Source of the DNA: Chiloscyllium plagiosum
Taxonomy: Eukaryota
Reading direction: 5' to 3'
DNA length: 64,000 nucleotides
NCBI RefSeq assembly: GCF_004010195.1
Contig: NC_057755.1
Span: 4,866,316-4,930,315 of the forward strand
In this document: piece by piece, positions 1 through 12,879 of the stretch
How positions within the stretch are numbered: position 1 is the stretch's first letter
Layout: the number at the start of each line of letters is the position of its first letter
Program-made: the position numbers and the translations under genes
The notes under the pieces: generated by a model
The model's input: the letters and a program-made list of their open reading frames with translations, nothing else
Databases searched by the model: none
Told to the model about the DNA's origin: nothing

Positions 1-252
1 CTTCACCCAGAGAGTGGTGGCTGTGTGGAATTCTCTGCCCCAGAGGGCAGTGGAGGCCCAGTCTCTAGATTCATTTGAGAAAGAGTTGGATAGAGCTCTC
101 AAGGATAGTGGAATCAAGGGTTATGGGGATAAGGCAGGAACAGGATACTGATTGAGGATGATTATCCATGATCATAATGAATGGTGGTGCTGGCTTGAAG
201 GGCAGAATGGCCTACTCCTGCATCTATTGTCTATTGTCCATTGTCTATTGTC
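1..252 (+). mobile_element. CR1-type LINE 3' end
   Basis: ORF2 C-terminus FTQRVVAVWNSLP..., 3' UTR, and a (CTATTGT)n tandem tail at about 223-252. Confidence 0.85.
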
Positions 253-902
253 TCTGAACCAAATGCTGTCAAGTGAGACTATAACAGTTTATGTTTGGTC
301 TGCACGGACGGGTTGAGGCGAAGTGTCTGTTTCTGTTCTGCGTGACTCAAGGTCACTTCAAGAATATGATAGCAGCAGCAAAGAAGCTGTTCTTGAATCT
401 GATGGCACGTATGCACAAGCTTTTGCATCTTCTACCCAACAGAAAAAGTTGGAAAAGGGGAGGGAGGAGACTTTGTTATGTGGCTTTTGGAAATATATTG
501 CCATTCCTTCACTGTCATTAGGTCAAAACTGTAGAAATACCACGTCATTGCATTTTTAACCCATCTACTGCACATGAAATGCTGTGGTTCAAGAAGGAAA
601 CACCACATTCTCAAGCACAACTATGGATCGGCAATAAATGTTGGTCCAGTCAGCGATACCCATGTTCCACGAAATAATATATAAAAAAAAGACTCTTGCA
701 ACTAATGAATGAATCATTTGATGAGTTACAAACACACATTTCCCCGAAAGAAAGATAAGTTGGTCGAAAGGATATTGGCAATCAGATAAATATCTTGTAT
801 GCGTCACGTGGTGGGAAATAGTTCCAATTGGTACCTGGAGAAGGAAATGTCCGTGTTAGTCTGAAGACCACTTGCAGATGAAAAGACAAGAGATTGGAAA
901 CC

Positions 903-1025
903 AGAAAGTGAGGAGTGGAGATGCTGGAAAGTCAGAGTCAAATGTGGCACTGGAAAAACTCAGCAGGTCAGCCAGCATGCGAAGAGCAGAAGAGTCGACG
1001 TTTTGGGGATAAACACTTCCTCAGT
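903..1025 (-). mobile_element. Penelope-like terminal repeat fragment with decayed hammerhead motif
   Basis: Same family as 31617-31746; minus strand reads CTGAGGA...AAAACGTCGACTC. Confidence 0.55.
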
Positions 1026-1054
1026 CCTTCATTCCTTTTATTGGTATCAGTAAT

Positions 1055-1290
1055 TTAATTGGAGGTTGTTTCCGAATTTTACAGATGATGTGGTTCCCTT
1101 GACAGACTTGTTGTTAAAAAAAATGAAACAGCATTTGAATGACAAATTTCCAAGTGCCTCTGACAACTGGACCTCTGACAACATTATATAGCTGCCGTTC
1201 ACAGGTTGATTTCTATTAACTCGTTTAAATTTATAACTGGTGGTTATCATGTTGGCTTTGGTGAATTATTATGACAGTAGGACAAGAGGG
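1055..1290 (+). mobile_element. Decayed Gypsy RT-RNase H connection fragment
   Basis: Translates FPNFTDDVVPLTDLL..KK and a degenerate D-x-S-x-VGFG-x-LL-type segment; has stops and frameshifts. Confidence 0.45.
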
Positions 1291-3924
1291 GGACTGAATA
1301 GCTGGATGTCAAGTGAGACTATATCAGTTTATGTTTGGTCTGCACGGACGAGTTGAGGCGAAGTGTCTGTTTCTGTTCTGCGTGTCTCAAGGTCACTTCA
1401 AGAATATGATAGCAGCACCTCTGGGGCAGAGCATTCAGGAAAACTGAAGTGGTGCCATCCGAAGTTGAACGTTGGGAGAAAGGATGCTTTGGGTTTCATA
1501 ATCGCTGCTCAACGTTGTGTTACCATCTCAGCACCTCGGCAAGCAGCACCACTTGTATGGATCTTAACCTTTCTAGCTTCTTAGAGAGGTTTCACATTAC
1601 AAATCAGGGATTCTTCCATTATTTTACAAATCCAACCGTGTAATTTGAATTTCATTCAGAAACAAGAAATGAAAATATCACAGTGAATCTTTATCAACAA
1701 CAAACATAGAAGAAATGGAATACCAATCTCAGAATGGGCCTCTTGGTAACACGATTGCAATAATGATCACCTAAAGGTGATAAGAACCGTGATAGCCTAT
1801 TGTAGTTGCATACACAAGTGAGTTTTGCATTGGTCACATGGTCACAGGCGGGTTAAAGTGGACTTGTTCTTGACTGATGCTCAAAGTTGATCAAATCAGC
1901 TGATGGGAGGTGGGCACGTGTCCAAGCAAGCTAATAAAATGCGAAGGCCAGTCGGCCAAGTTCGTTATCTTGATCAAACGATGCCAAGCAGACTTCTGCC
2001 AGATGGATACTGTCAAACAGGAGGGGAGATGGTCATGGGTACTGTAAACAAGACCCTCTGTGCAACTTGTACAATGGAGCAGCATGTTGTGCAGCAAAAG
2101 CGTCATACGGAAATGTAGGAGCTCAAGAACTGCTGGGTGTGAGATAATGAGGATTTAAATCTGGATTTATGGTGTTGGAAGGAGCAACTATTTAATGCAT
2201 GCTGCTACAAACTAAAAAATGGCTTCCTAATGCAACTAACATAAAATAGCAAAACAAAGTGATTTCTAGGAGCAATGGCATCTAACTTTGCTGAAACGTG
2301 CATCCTTAAACTAATTGAAATAGATTAGCAAACAATGCCCTGTTCATAGTATGAATTAACTAAGGAAGATATGACATTATTAAAGTATCCTAACTGACCT
2401 TGGAAACCAGGTGTCCCGGAGTTAAACAAGTGCAAAACAAGTCAATTCCCAGGAAATGCCATTGGCTTAATTTTATGATTATTTGCCATATCATTTCATT
2501 TTATAGGATGAATTTTGCAATTAGGGCTGTTCGGTTTGTTAAGAGACCTATAAAAGTTGTCTGTGTTTTAAGATTGTATGCAGCCTTTCCAGAGTGCACA
2601 GAGGTGCTTAACCCATGCATTGCTGGATAACCTATGCCGGGCGTCATAACAAATTGCTAAAACTTGTTAAAACAGACTAAGCTGCTTCTGCTTATTTGAC
2701 CAATCGCGGAACCGAAAGGCCCCTCTTGAGCGTCCAGATTTACAACAGTGGACGTATTATGATAACCTCCGTCATTTCAAACTTGGGATTCCCGGAAATA
2801 AGTGTCTGTGGGTGTTAAAACTCTCAAGGGCTTTCAAATGAAAGGAAAAAAATTACAGAGGCAGAGAACAATGTCACAGCAGTTTATTTTTACATTATTA
2901 CTAAATAGTACCATGACCATGATTTCTACTGTTACACTTACTTTGTTTTGCCCTTTAATGACACGTTGATAAGGAACTAATCTGACAAGGTGATAATCGG
3001 AATGTTGGAGCCAAAATTCCTCACGTTCACCATCCTGACCTGCACGTCGTGCCCCCACATTCATTCCAACAAAATCTCAACTCCATTACAACTTAAGCGT
3101 TGTTGAACTGCTCCTCACTTGGGGTCACGTAGAAATTTGAAACCCAGGGTGGAAACGCTGTGACACAGTCGGCTCACTTTCAGACGTGCAGTGTTTTCAT
3201 TCATTGTGTAAATTATGCCATTGGAGATTTCAGCGAATGCTTGATTTGGTGCCTGAACGTGGACTGGGTTGGTGTGTAAATTCATGAGTTTGTTCAGAAA
3301 CTCAACCCCCTCAAGCCATGTTTCTAAATTCTTCAAATATTATTTCGGAATTCGTGTAGTCTAGTCCTCGAATGATATACTTGAAGACAACCAAAAGAAT
3401 GATCCATCACAGAAGTGTCAATCTGGGTTATATTTCAGTGGGTCACTGACTGAATACAAGTCTAAACAATACGTAATTTCAATCTAACCATCAGAGAAGG
3501 AGACAGACTGATGTTAGGTCTGATAGAAGGCAGGGTGAAGACTGGCGGTAGGTATGACAATGTGAGAGAGAGAGAGAGCACCGTTGCTAACAAAAATGTT
3601 GGGGGATCACTTTCAACTCAAGACAACAGCGAGGGAAACAAAGAAAGAGACTGGGATTTTTATTCCTCACGTTTTAATTCATTCATTCAAATTTCTGTCT
3701 CGGAGAAAGTGCAGGTAGACCTCATCAAACACACACACACACATAAAAACACACAAAGATACAGGGGCCCACCACGCACACAGAAACGTAAACACAGATG
3801 AACAGCGAGACAGAGAGAGAGAAACGCACACAGACACATATATGGTATATGTTCCTATTCTAATATCAGTGAATATGAGAAAAAGAATCACATTAATTGA
3901 ATAAGGATTTCGTTAGTGTAATCT

Positions 3925-3996
3925 ATGTTCTTTCTGAGACTTGAATCCTGGACTCTCAGGTTAAAAATAATGAGACTGAAGACTGAATTAGCAAAA
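3925..3996 (-). pseudogene. tRNA-Lys(UUU)-derived pseudogene
   Basis: Minus strand TTTTAACCTGAGAGTCCAGGATTCAAGTC versus vertebrate tRNA-Lys TTTTAATCTGAGGGTCCAGGGTTCAAGTC (3 differences in 29); D arm and acceptor stem degraded. Confidence 0.65.
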
Positions 3997-4382
3997 ACTA
4001 AGACACTATTTGCTATTGAGATTGAATTACATCCGAAAGATGATATTCAGGTGTTGAACCGAGAAAAGAACACTAAATCAAATTGGAAATGACTCGCTAA
4101 ACATTTGGAAGAATAAACCAAAAGGAGGTGATGGAAGAAGAATGACAAGAGAGCAAATAAAGTGACAAAGTGTGCAAAGTACAAACTTTAGACTTTTTTA
4201 ATTTGCTGTGACTTGAAAAACATATTGTCCTTCTTCGACCATCAACCTGCACATGTCCACCCCAAACTCAAGCTGCTGCCATCACCATGTGAGCATTTTC
4301 TCGCCAGTCAGATGCTGCTATTTGAAAGACACCACTGGAGACCACACTTCTGAGTAATTCAGAAAGGAAAGCAAACTTAGAT

Positions 4383-4510
4383 CATGGTGAAGTGTGGCGC
4401 TGGAAAAGCACAGCATGTCAGGGAGCATTCGAGGAGCAGGAAAGTCAACGTTTTGGGCATAAGCCCTTCACCCTGAGGAATGGTTTACGCTTACAGCATC
4501 AGAACTCCTG
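4383..4510. mobile_element. Penelope-like terminal repeat fragment followed by a short inverted partial copy
   Basis: GCTGGAAAAGCACAGC...CAACGTTTTGGGCATAAGCCCTTCA, then CCTGAGGAATGGTTTACG on the opposite strand. Confidence 0.5.
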
Positions 4511-5529
4511 ATTTTCGTTCGTGCTATTGGTGGTTAGGTGCTGGGCGGGCCTATTGGGATCATGGACTTGCTTCTTGGTCAACGTGCATTGTGCATGCAT
4601 GTTGGACTGACCTCCTTTGATAATCTCCAAGACCTTCCTGAAAATCCTCTGGGTAATTAGTTGCGATTGTATCCTGCCAGCTATATTCTAACAGCAAAAT
4701 TCTGAGTCAATCAAGGTGAATTTTTATCAATTGCGCCCCATCCAACTTGGGCCCGAGCCTTTTGCTAAAATCAGTGGTAACTGAAACAGCTGCTTAATCA
4801 TATGAAACCATCACTGAAGTTGTACCCTTAGTCTGAAAAGGTTACCCAGTGTTGGTTGTCGGTCGAATCGAGGTCTTAAGCAAACTTAATTTGGAGTTCA
4901 GAGGGCAGTTTCTTAAAGACAAACACTTCAATCAATGATATGGCTGCACCAGCACTATACTGCATTAGAGCTGGGTGACCATTTCAACAGGTACTTACTT
5001 TGGTCAGTTCTGGATTGTGAGCTGCAAAGCAATTGAATTGTTGCAAGCCAGGTGTAGGTGGGCTTCCCGGAGTGTGCACCCTCCTGGATACCGCCCTATG
5101 AGCTCTCTTACTCAATTCAGGCCCAGTGGGACACTTCTTTTCTGACACTTCTAATTCCAGCAGCAGCTACATTGTCTTTCCCAACCAGGCCCTGAAGGAA
5201 ACGTGAACCGCTTGGCAAAGACTTGATTTTGCTTTCGAGTTTTGCTGTGGGCTGATTTGGAGACCCTCTGTCCACGATATGTCCTGAGTGAAGCTGTGTA
5301 ATTGCCTCCATTCAAATGGTATTCCCCAGCGCAGTTGTTCTTGCGAGGGTGTCTATGTGCATCGACATGCACTGAAAATCCTATGCTCCACTTGCTGCAT
5401 TTCCAGATGACATAGCCAATTGAAGTGCCTGTTTGAAGTTCGGTGTGGCTTCAGTGAGTAAATGTTTTTGCAAGGTTATTTAATTAATCCCAGTGCCATA
5501 GATGCCACTATCCCATCTCCAAATGATCC

Positions 5530-5828
5530 TTCATTTACACCTGAAAAGCATTTGATATTGTTCCAGCTTCTTCAGACTAAGCTTTCAATGAAGAGAACTC
5601 TGACACTCCCATTTATTTTTTTTTCTTTTTTGCTTCTCTTTTTTTTATTTTTTTTTATTTTATTAACCCCCACACTATTCATTTACACCTGAAAAGCATT
5701 TGATATTGTTCCAGCTTCTTCAGACTAAGCTTTCAATGAAGAGAACTCTGACACTCCCATTTATTTTTTTTATTTTTTCTTTTTTGCTTCTCTTTTTTTC
5801 TTTTTTTCTTTTATTAACCCCCACACTA
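5530..5828. repeat. Tandem duplication, two copies of about 150 bp
   Basis: TTCATTTACACCTGAAAAGC...CCCCACACTA at 5530-5677 and 5678-5828. Confidence 0.9.
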
Positions 5829-6195
5829 CCACCTAAGTGCGGTAGTGCTTATTTTTTTCTCCAGCACCCATGGTGTGTGTGTGCAGGTGTGAGACACAGT
5901 GAAAGACACAAAGTGAACACATTTTTATTTAAATTCCACCACCAGGAAGATAGGAAAACACCCGAGTGGCCAGTGACAAACACTGCCCTTCACATCAAAG
6001 GGCAGTGCTGTGTGATCAAAACAGTGAAGGGGAGGGTAGGGACTAAATCAAAATAGAGTTGGAAGGAGAAATGATGCACTCCACTCCCTGCGGCGCCCAC
6101 CTCTCCCTGAACAACTCCAGGGTGTTGGTCGACACCGCGTGCTCCTTCTCCAAGGACACCCGGGCCCTAACGTAACCGCGGAAGAGGGGCAGGCA
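5765..6195 (-). mobile_element. 5'-truncated Tx1/L1-like LINE with 14-bp target-site duplication
   Basis: Minus strand LPLFRGYVRARVSLEKEHAVSTNTLELFRERWAPQGVECIIS; A-rich tail; TSD ACACTCCCATTTAT at 5751-5764 and 6196-6209. Confidence 0.7.
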
Positions 6196-6471
6196 ACACT
6201 CCCATTTATATTAGTCGGCCGGGACACCCTGATTGGATCAGGTTAACAGCTCCAAACACAGAAGTCATTTTATGAAATTGACCTGGTTCACCTTATTATA
6301 AGCACAACACCAACTACATTCTAGTTGGCGTCTAACCCCTCCTCACTTGGCTCTCTACATGCCTGCCACATTAGCATCCAAGCCACCTTGCACCCCTACT
6401 AACCTGGTGTCTCACTTCATTCCCCCTTGGTCAAATTACTCATCCAGCCCTAACAAATTGTCCTTTTTGCA

Positions 6472-9400
6472 TGTCACAAAGATGGTTCTGTTTTTCCAAA
6501 ATCTGGTCCTTTTTCCGAGGATACTGTGTCCTGTTTTTTTTTTCCAGAGGGGTCGTAAATGCTACCAGTGCCGATTAAGTTGATTTGGTATAGAGATTAA
6601 AGCGTATTGAGAGGCTTTTTAAATACGTAACCAGATAAGAATTCAGGACAAGGTGGTCATGTTCTGGAAGTTACCTGTATAAGGAAAGAGTAGTGGTCAG
6701 CTCTCTAGCAGAGCAGTTCCGTTCAGTCCAGAACTAGTTAGGAGTTCAACAGTGAGCTGTGTGGAAGATCTCTCTCTCTTTCTGCCCTTCTAAATTCAAC
6801 CTGTAAGCATCTGCTCCATTTTCCTTCCTGAGATTTAACGGGCTTTGCCTATTGGGACTGTTGTGTATACTCAGAACAGCATAATTAAGTCTAGTTTGGA
6901 TAGATGGAGTTCAGTGTGGGTTCTATATTCTGTTCTTTTATTTTATTGTATAATTTTGTGAATAGATTATTTTGTCTGTTTGAAAACCTGGTAGTCAACT
7001 TAGCTAGCTTACTCTGTGTAAATCTCACTGTACACATACTGAAACAAATTGCAAAGTTATGATCTGGGTTGCCTGCCGAAGATATTTTTGAGTGGTCTGG
7101 CCTAGTCCATAACAGATTGGGGCTCTTTGCGGGATTTTAAACAGCAAGTGGTAGGTGCTGGTGTCTTTACTTCGGGTGTTGGGTTGGTTGGGTAGGCAAA
7201 GCTTGGGATAGTAATGGCTCTTTCTGTCGCCAAAAGTTTTCTGGAAGAGGATGTGGTGATTTGGAAGTTTAATAAAAGGTAAACAAGACCAAGCTGCAGG
7301 AATTAGCAGACGAGCTAGAATTGGACCTGCCTGCTTCTGTGAGGAAAGGAGAGGTAATTACAGCAGGAGCTCTGTAGTTAAACTTGCTGGAGAAACCATC
7401 AGAATCAATAGAGATGGCAAGAATGTAATTGCAAATGAAGCAGCCTGAGTTAGAGGCGAGAAAAGAAGGAAAGGATAGCAGAAATTGAATAGTTTGAGTT
7501 GCAATTAACTGAAGAGGAGAGGGAAAACGAGAGAGCAGAGAAAGAAAAAGGAAAGAGCTTTTGAACTTCAAAAACTGACGATTAAAAAGGAAAGAAATTT
7601 TAAAAGGCAGGAGATAAAGGCTGAAGGTCATGTGGAAAAGCAGACATTTAAAATGGCAAGGGTAGCAGCTGAAGTGGCTGATGATTATGTGCTGACCCAT
7701 AAAACTCGGTTTGGCTTCCAGAATCAATGTCAGTCCCTGAGGGAGATAAATTTGGGCAAAGAGACATCCTCATGTGGAAAGGGAAAAGTAGATCTCAGCG
7801 AAGATCATAAGGATAACTTGCCCCAGGGTAAAAAAGAAACCATTGAGGGGGACAAAGAAGTTCAAAGGCTCCGGTGTTTTCTTTTGTAGTAAAGTGGGCC
7901 ACATGAAATCACAGTGTTGTTGGGCTAGGTGTGGAGAAATCAGACAAGCCTGGAAGTTTCGTTGGACTAGTAACAAAAAGCACAAGGGAAATTAGACAAC
8001 TTCCTCGGAGTGTACAAGATGATCAGAGGTTGATTAAGGAGGAAGTGCTAGATTTGCTTCAAAAATATACATGCAAGGGACACATTGGCCAGAAGCAGTA
8101 TGTAAAGAGGTTACAATATTAAGGGACACAGGATCCTATCAGTCTGTAATGCTGAAGGATGAGAAGATATGCACTCCTGAGGGACTATTGCCAGTACAGG
8201 TACTTGTAACAGGAATTCATGGGGAGACAAACAAGTGCTCAACTATGTAAAGTGAGGCAAGAGAGTCCAGAGGAGAGTGGAAAATTTGTACCGAACAAAC
8301 TCTCAGCTGCAGGAATACAATTTGTCCTTGCAAATGATATAGCTGAGAGAGCGTAGGCGTGCTGCCTCATCTACTTGAAAAGCCAGTGGAGACACAGGCA
8401 ACTGAAGAAATCAAGAATGTTTTTTCCAGAAATATTCCCGGATTGTGTGATCACAAGATCACAGGAGCACAAGTTGAAGCAGCAGAGATCACAAGGCATA
8501 GAAAAGGAAGCTGACATAGCTTTATCCAATACGTTTTTTTGATCAGGTAAGTGGCACAGAGCAGGAGCGAATAGATAAACATGCAAGTATCTTTAGCTCT
8601 GCTAAACTGATTGAATTACAGCAGAAAGATGAGAACTTAAAACACTTGTATCAAAAGGCATTTAGAGAGAAGGAGAGTGAATGCATGCCTGTGTGTTTTT
8701 ACTAAATAAATGATGTCTTTCTAAGGAAATGATAACCATTACACTTTCAAGCCGATGAGAAATGAGCAGGGATTCATCAAGTTGTTTTGCCCATAGGGTA
8801 TAGAAAGGCAATGATGCGAGTGGCATATGAGTGACCACTTGGAGGTCATTTGGAGGTGAGGAAAACTCAGGTAAAAATACAAAGGCATTTTTTATGGCCT
8901 GGACTATACGAGGATGTCGTTGAATTTGCCAGACGTGTCTTACATGTTGGCTAATCAGAAAATCGCAGGCAGTAATAAAGCCTGCACCTTTAATACATAT
9001 TCCAGCATTGGAGGAACCTTTCACAAGAGACCTGAATGATTGTGTAGGTCCCCACCTCAAACAAAAATGGGATTATGTATTTATTACAATAATGGATGAG
9101 TAGTCTAGAGTTCCAGAGGCAACACCACAGCTAAAATGTTTGGAGAAGAATTTCTTTATTTTGTTTATTGGATACGGACTATCGATTGAGATCCAGTCAG
9201 ATATAGGATTAAACTGCAGATCCAAACTATTGAAGGATGTTATGGAAAACTTGGGATTAAAGTAATTCAAATCTATTGCGTACCATCTGGAATCGCAGGG
9301 AGTGCTTGTGAGATGGCATCAAAGATTAAAGCCCATGTTGCCGGCTTACCATCAGGGTCATACAGATGATTGGGATAAGGGGGCTCCGTTTGTGTTTTAT

Positions 9401-11032
9401 GCAGTTAGGGATACTTCGAATGAATCGACCAAATTGAGTCCATTTGAATTAAATTTTGGGCATGAACTAAGAAGACCGTTAAAATTGATTAAGGAGAAAT
9501 GAAGAAGTCAGAATTCAGAGACCACCCATTTGGACTATGTGTCAAACTTTAGAGAACGATTAAATAGAGCTGGAAAGCTGGCGAGACAGCATTTAAAGTA
9601 TCACAGCGTACAATGAAACAGGAAGTGCATAAGAAATCACGATATGGCAATTTTGCAATTGGGGACAAGGTATTTGTGTTATTTACATTTATAGGTGACC
9701 CTTTAAAAGCAAGGTTTAATGGACCTTATCGAATTGAAAGGAAACTGAGTGAGGTGACCTACTTGATAAGGACTCCAAACAGGAAGAAATCTCACGAGAG
9801 CGTATCATGAGAATATGCTCAAAAGGCATTTTCATAGGGAAGGAAGGCAAGAGGAGAAGGTGTTAATGATTACAGCAAAGAAGGAAGAAGCAAGTTCAGA
9901 GGATTCTGAACTGGACATTCCTCAAATCAGATTAGACAATGAAGAAGTCGTCAAAAGTTGGGGTAAATTATTGAGTTACCTTCCACAAGAAAATCTAAAT
10001 GACCTGAAAAAGTTATTACTATCACATGGGGAGATCTGTGGAAATAAACTGGGAAGTACTAACTTAATTGTGAATGATGTAGATATAGGAGATGCAATTA
10101 CAATGAACAACATTCTTGTGGGCATAACCGTCCAAAGTTGGCACAGGTTCAGAAGGGGATTGCATGCTCCAAGATGGCATATTCAAAATAGGATACAGTG
10201 ACTAGAACTCACCCTTAGTCATGGTGACAACGATGTTACCAACGATTAGGTGTGGACTATTACAAACTCAACACCATGACAAAGAATGAAGCATATCCAA
10301 TTCCACAGTCAGAGGACTGTGTCGAAAAAGTGGGACAAGCAACTTATAATTCTAAGTTTGACTTGCTCAGAGGCTACTGGCAAGTATCTCTGTCAGAAAG
10401 AGCAAATGAGATTTTGGCTTCCGTAACGCCAAATGGACAATATCAAATCATTCGGTGCGTAAAACGTTCCGGCCACATTTAAGAGACTGACTAATAAGGT
10501 AATTGCTTCATTTGGTACAGAGATTAAAGGGTATTGCGAGGTCATTTTGCTTATATGTAAACAGATGGGACTTCAGGCCAACGTTGTCATATTATGGAAG
10601 TTACCTGTACAATGAAAGGGGAGAGGTCAGCTCTCGACCTGAGCAGTTCAGTTCAGGCAAGAACGAGTTAGGAGTTCAACAATGAGCTGTGTAGAAATTC
10701 TGTCTCGCTTTCTGCCCTTCAAACTTCAACCTGGAAGCATCTGCTCCATTTTTGTTTAACTGGGTTTGCTTATTGGGAATGTTGTGTGTTTTTGGAACAG
10801 CATAATTAAGTCTGGTTGAGATAGATTAAGTTCTGGAGGGGCTCTATATTCTGGTCCTTGTGTTTCATTGTGTATTTTGGTGATTTTTTTTGTCTGTTTT
10901 AAAACCTGTAAGTCAACCTAGCTAGCTTACTCCGTGTAATTCTTACTGTACACGTACTGAAGCAAATTGAAAAGTTATGGTCTGGATTGCCTGCTGAATA
11001 ACGCTTTGAGTGTTCTGCCTTCGTCCATAACA
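6472..11032 (+). mobile_element. Gmr1-type Gypsy LTR retrotransposon (decayed; gag-PR-IN-RT order)
   Basis: 5' LTR TG...CA at 6472-7114; decayed tRNA-Pro-like PBS after 7114; zinc knuckle near 7870-7920; protease ILRDTGS near 8115; integrase GGHL...WPG, AYH.ESQG and GPY (ARFNGPYRI); then RT DYYKLN...DLLRGYWQV at 10252-10482; 5'-truncated 3' LTR about 10505-11032. Confidence 0.88.
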
Positions 11033-11797
11033 ATTATAAGACAGTTCGAGCCAGGAAGCAGCTGTCAGGATGGAAATATCGTGCCGCATTTCTGAGGGTG
11101 CTCTGAATGGAATCTCCTTCCAGAAATACAGAGCTCCCTTCTTTGATCAGAGACAACGGGGCTCAAGTGGCTATCTGTGTGAGATGCCTGCTCACGGAAA
11201 ATCTCTCCATTATTTTGTTGATGTAAGAAGCAACAATGAACCTACACCTCAGTATGTTATACAATAGCTTTATTACAAACAGTAGCCCATTGTTCAACTT
11301 TTTGAAAATATTTGAAAAGTAGTCTTTTACCTTTTAACGTTACTTCTTTATTTTTGACTTCATACTAAGTAGGATTGTAATGTTTAACTCTTAACTTTGT
11401 TTCTTTACTTTTCTATTATTGGCCCAATGTTTTGCACCAAGGTTCCTTCATACCTAAGATGGTGCTGGAAATGGCGAGATTGCACAATTTTCACTGCACT
11501 CATGCACTTCTTTCCTTGAGTACACGTGACAATATAACTTAGTCCTACTTCTCGGGAAATTAATGGCATTTCTGTCATCAACACAGATCCTGTTGCGCTG
11601 TAACCCTCAGAGGAAAGTGCTTTATTTGATGCTTGTTTAGATTACTATGACTAATGTAATTCGTGATTCAAACAGATTTAGGGTCTCACAGGAAGTTTGG
11701 CTTCCAAATAAAAAAGAGGTTATCTTGACAATGTTATTGTATTTCGGCGGACAGAATCATTGTCTCTACAGCAACAAATGGACCAGCGTGGAACAGA

Positions 11798-11867
11798 ATG
11801 AAATATTCAGCAATCTTACAAATAGCAAGAATCTACTACCCGATACTTGCAACTATTGGAATTATTG
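11798..11867 (+). CDS. GPR139/GPR142-like orphan GPCR copy A, coding exon 1 (MKYSAILQIARIYYPILATIGII)
   Basis: ATG at 11798, 70 nt, phase-1 donor G|GTAAGT at 11868; paralogous to 35392-35461; supplies the N-terminus and start of TM1 that the exon-2 ORF lacks. Confidence 0.82.
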
Positions 11868-12289
11868 GTAAGTGATCAAATCCACTAATATTTGTGTTCA
11901 ACATGTTTAACTCTACTCTCCATTCTTTTATGAAATTTGACACACTTTCCCCACTTTTGCTGACTTCCAAGTTACGCATTCCTCATGATTTCACCAATAG
12001 TGTTGATCTCCATGTGCTGAAGCTGTTTTATTTAAGAACGTTTCACAGAATAATTAGTGCAATACTGAGGAGGCTGAGTCACCATTTAATCCCCATTACC
12101 GAATTACACTTGAGAAGATGGTGGTGAGGGGCCTCCTCAAACAAGTGAAGACCAGTTGTTGGAAGAGCACCCACATTGAGTCATGCAGCACAGAAACTGA
12201 TCCTGACGTCCACACTTGCCCGCCTATGGCCCACGTCCTGCTAAAGAGTTCCTCTTCAAGGAACTGTTCAGATATCTTTCAATTTATCC

Positions 12290-12875
12290 ATAAAACTGAA
12301 GGAAGGGCCATGTCTTTCCGTGATAGGAAAGGGTGAGTGGCTTGAAACGAAGTTGCTAGTGTTGCCATTCCCATACATCTGCTGCTTCGAGACAGTTGTG
12401 GTTGTGAGGTTCAGAGGGGGCTGCCCGAGGAGCCTTGGTCAGCTTCTGCAATTCATCTTGCAGATGGCACCCACTGCTTTCACTGAACGATAGTGGCGGG
12501 TCAGACTGAAGCTTTCTGGATATGGATGACAATCAAGCGGGCTGATATTTCCTGGAAAAAAAAGGCAGATGCAGGGTATCTTCACTAAACAAAGGAAATG
12601 TTAGATAAACCCGAAAGAGTTGGCGGTTTCTGTGTAGAGTTAGGAGGTGAGTCTTTGGCTGCGGAATTCCTAGCCTCAGACATACTGTTATGGAAACAAT
12701 CCTGATGTGGCTAATCCAGCGCAATGTTGGATCAATGGCAATCCTCAGGATGTTGATAATGGTGTTTCACGTGATGGTAGTGTCTCTGAATATCAAAGGG
12801 GGATGGTTAGAACCTTTTTTGTTGGAGATAGTAATTGCCTGACACTTGGGTGGATCAAATGTTAATTGTTACTTT
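12290..12875 (-). mobile_element. Decayed LINE fragment (CR1/L2-group)
   Basis: Similar to 18900-19330, 53475-53910 and (inverted) 62400-62886. Confidence 0.45.
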
Positions 12876-12879
12876 TACA

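Larger units (their letters stand above)
4690..6305 (-). mobile_element. Old Gypsy remnant (5' LTR + gag/protease), copy in duplication unit A
   Basis: Homologous to 24330-25541 and 33170-34594; LTR core CCCTGATTGGATCAGGTTAACAGCTCC; split by the LINE at 5765-6195. Confidence 0.6.

Noticed and set aside
1740..2520. Possible decayed retroviral/LTR RNase H-integrase (IKCEGQ...QAD, HGNVG-like words)
   Set aside because: Only faint motif echoes across frameshifts; cannot be supported without a profile search.
3115..3336. 73-aa minus-strand ORF with protein-like composition
   Set aside because: No recognisable motif, TTG start and no paralog in the window.
5462..6056. Hydrophobic Phe/Leu-rich ORFs resembling membrane peptides
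   Set aside because: Translation of the T-rich LINE tail and the tandem duplication.
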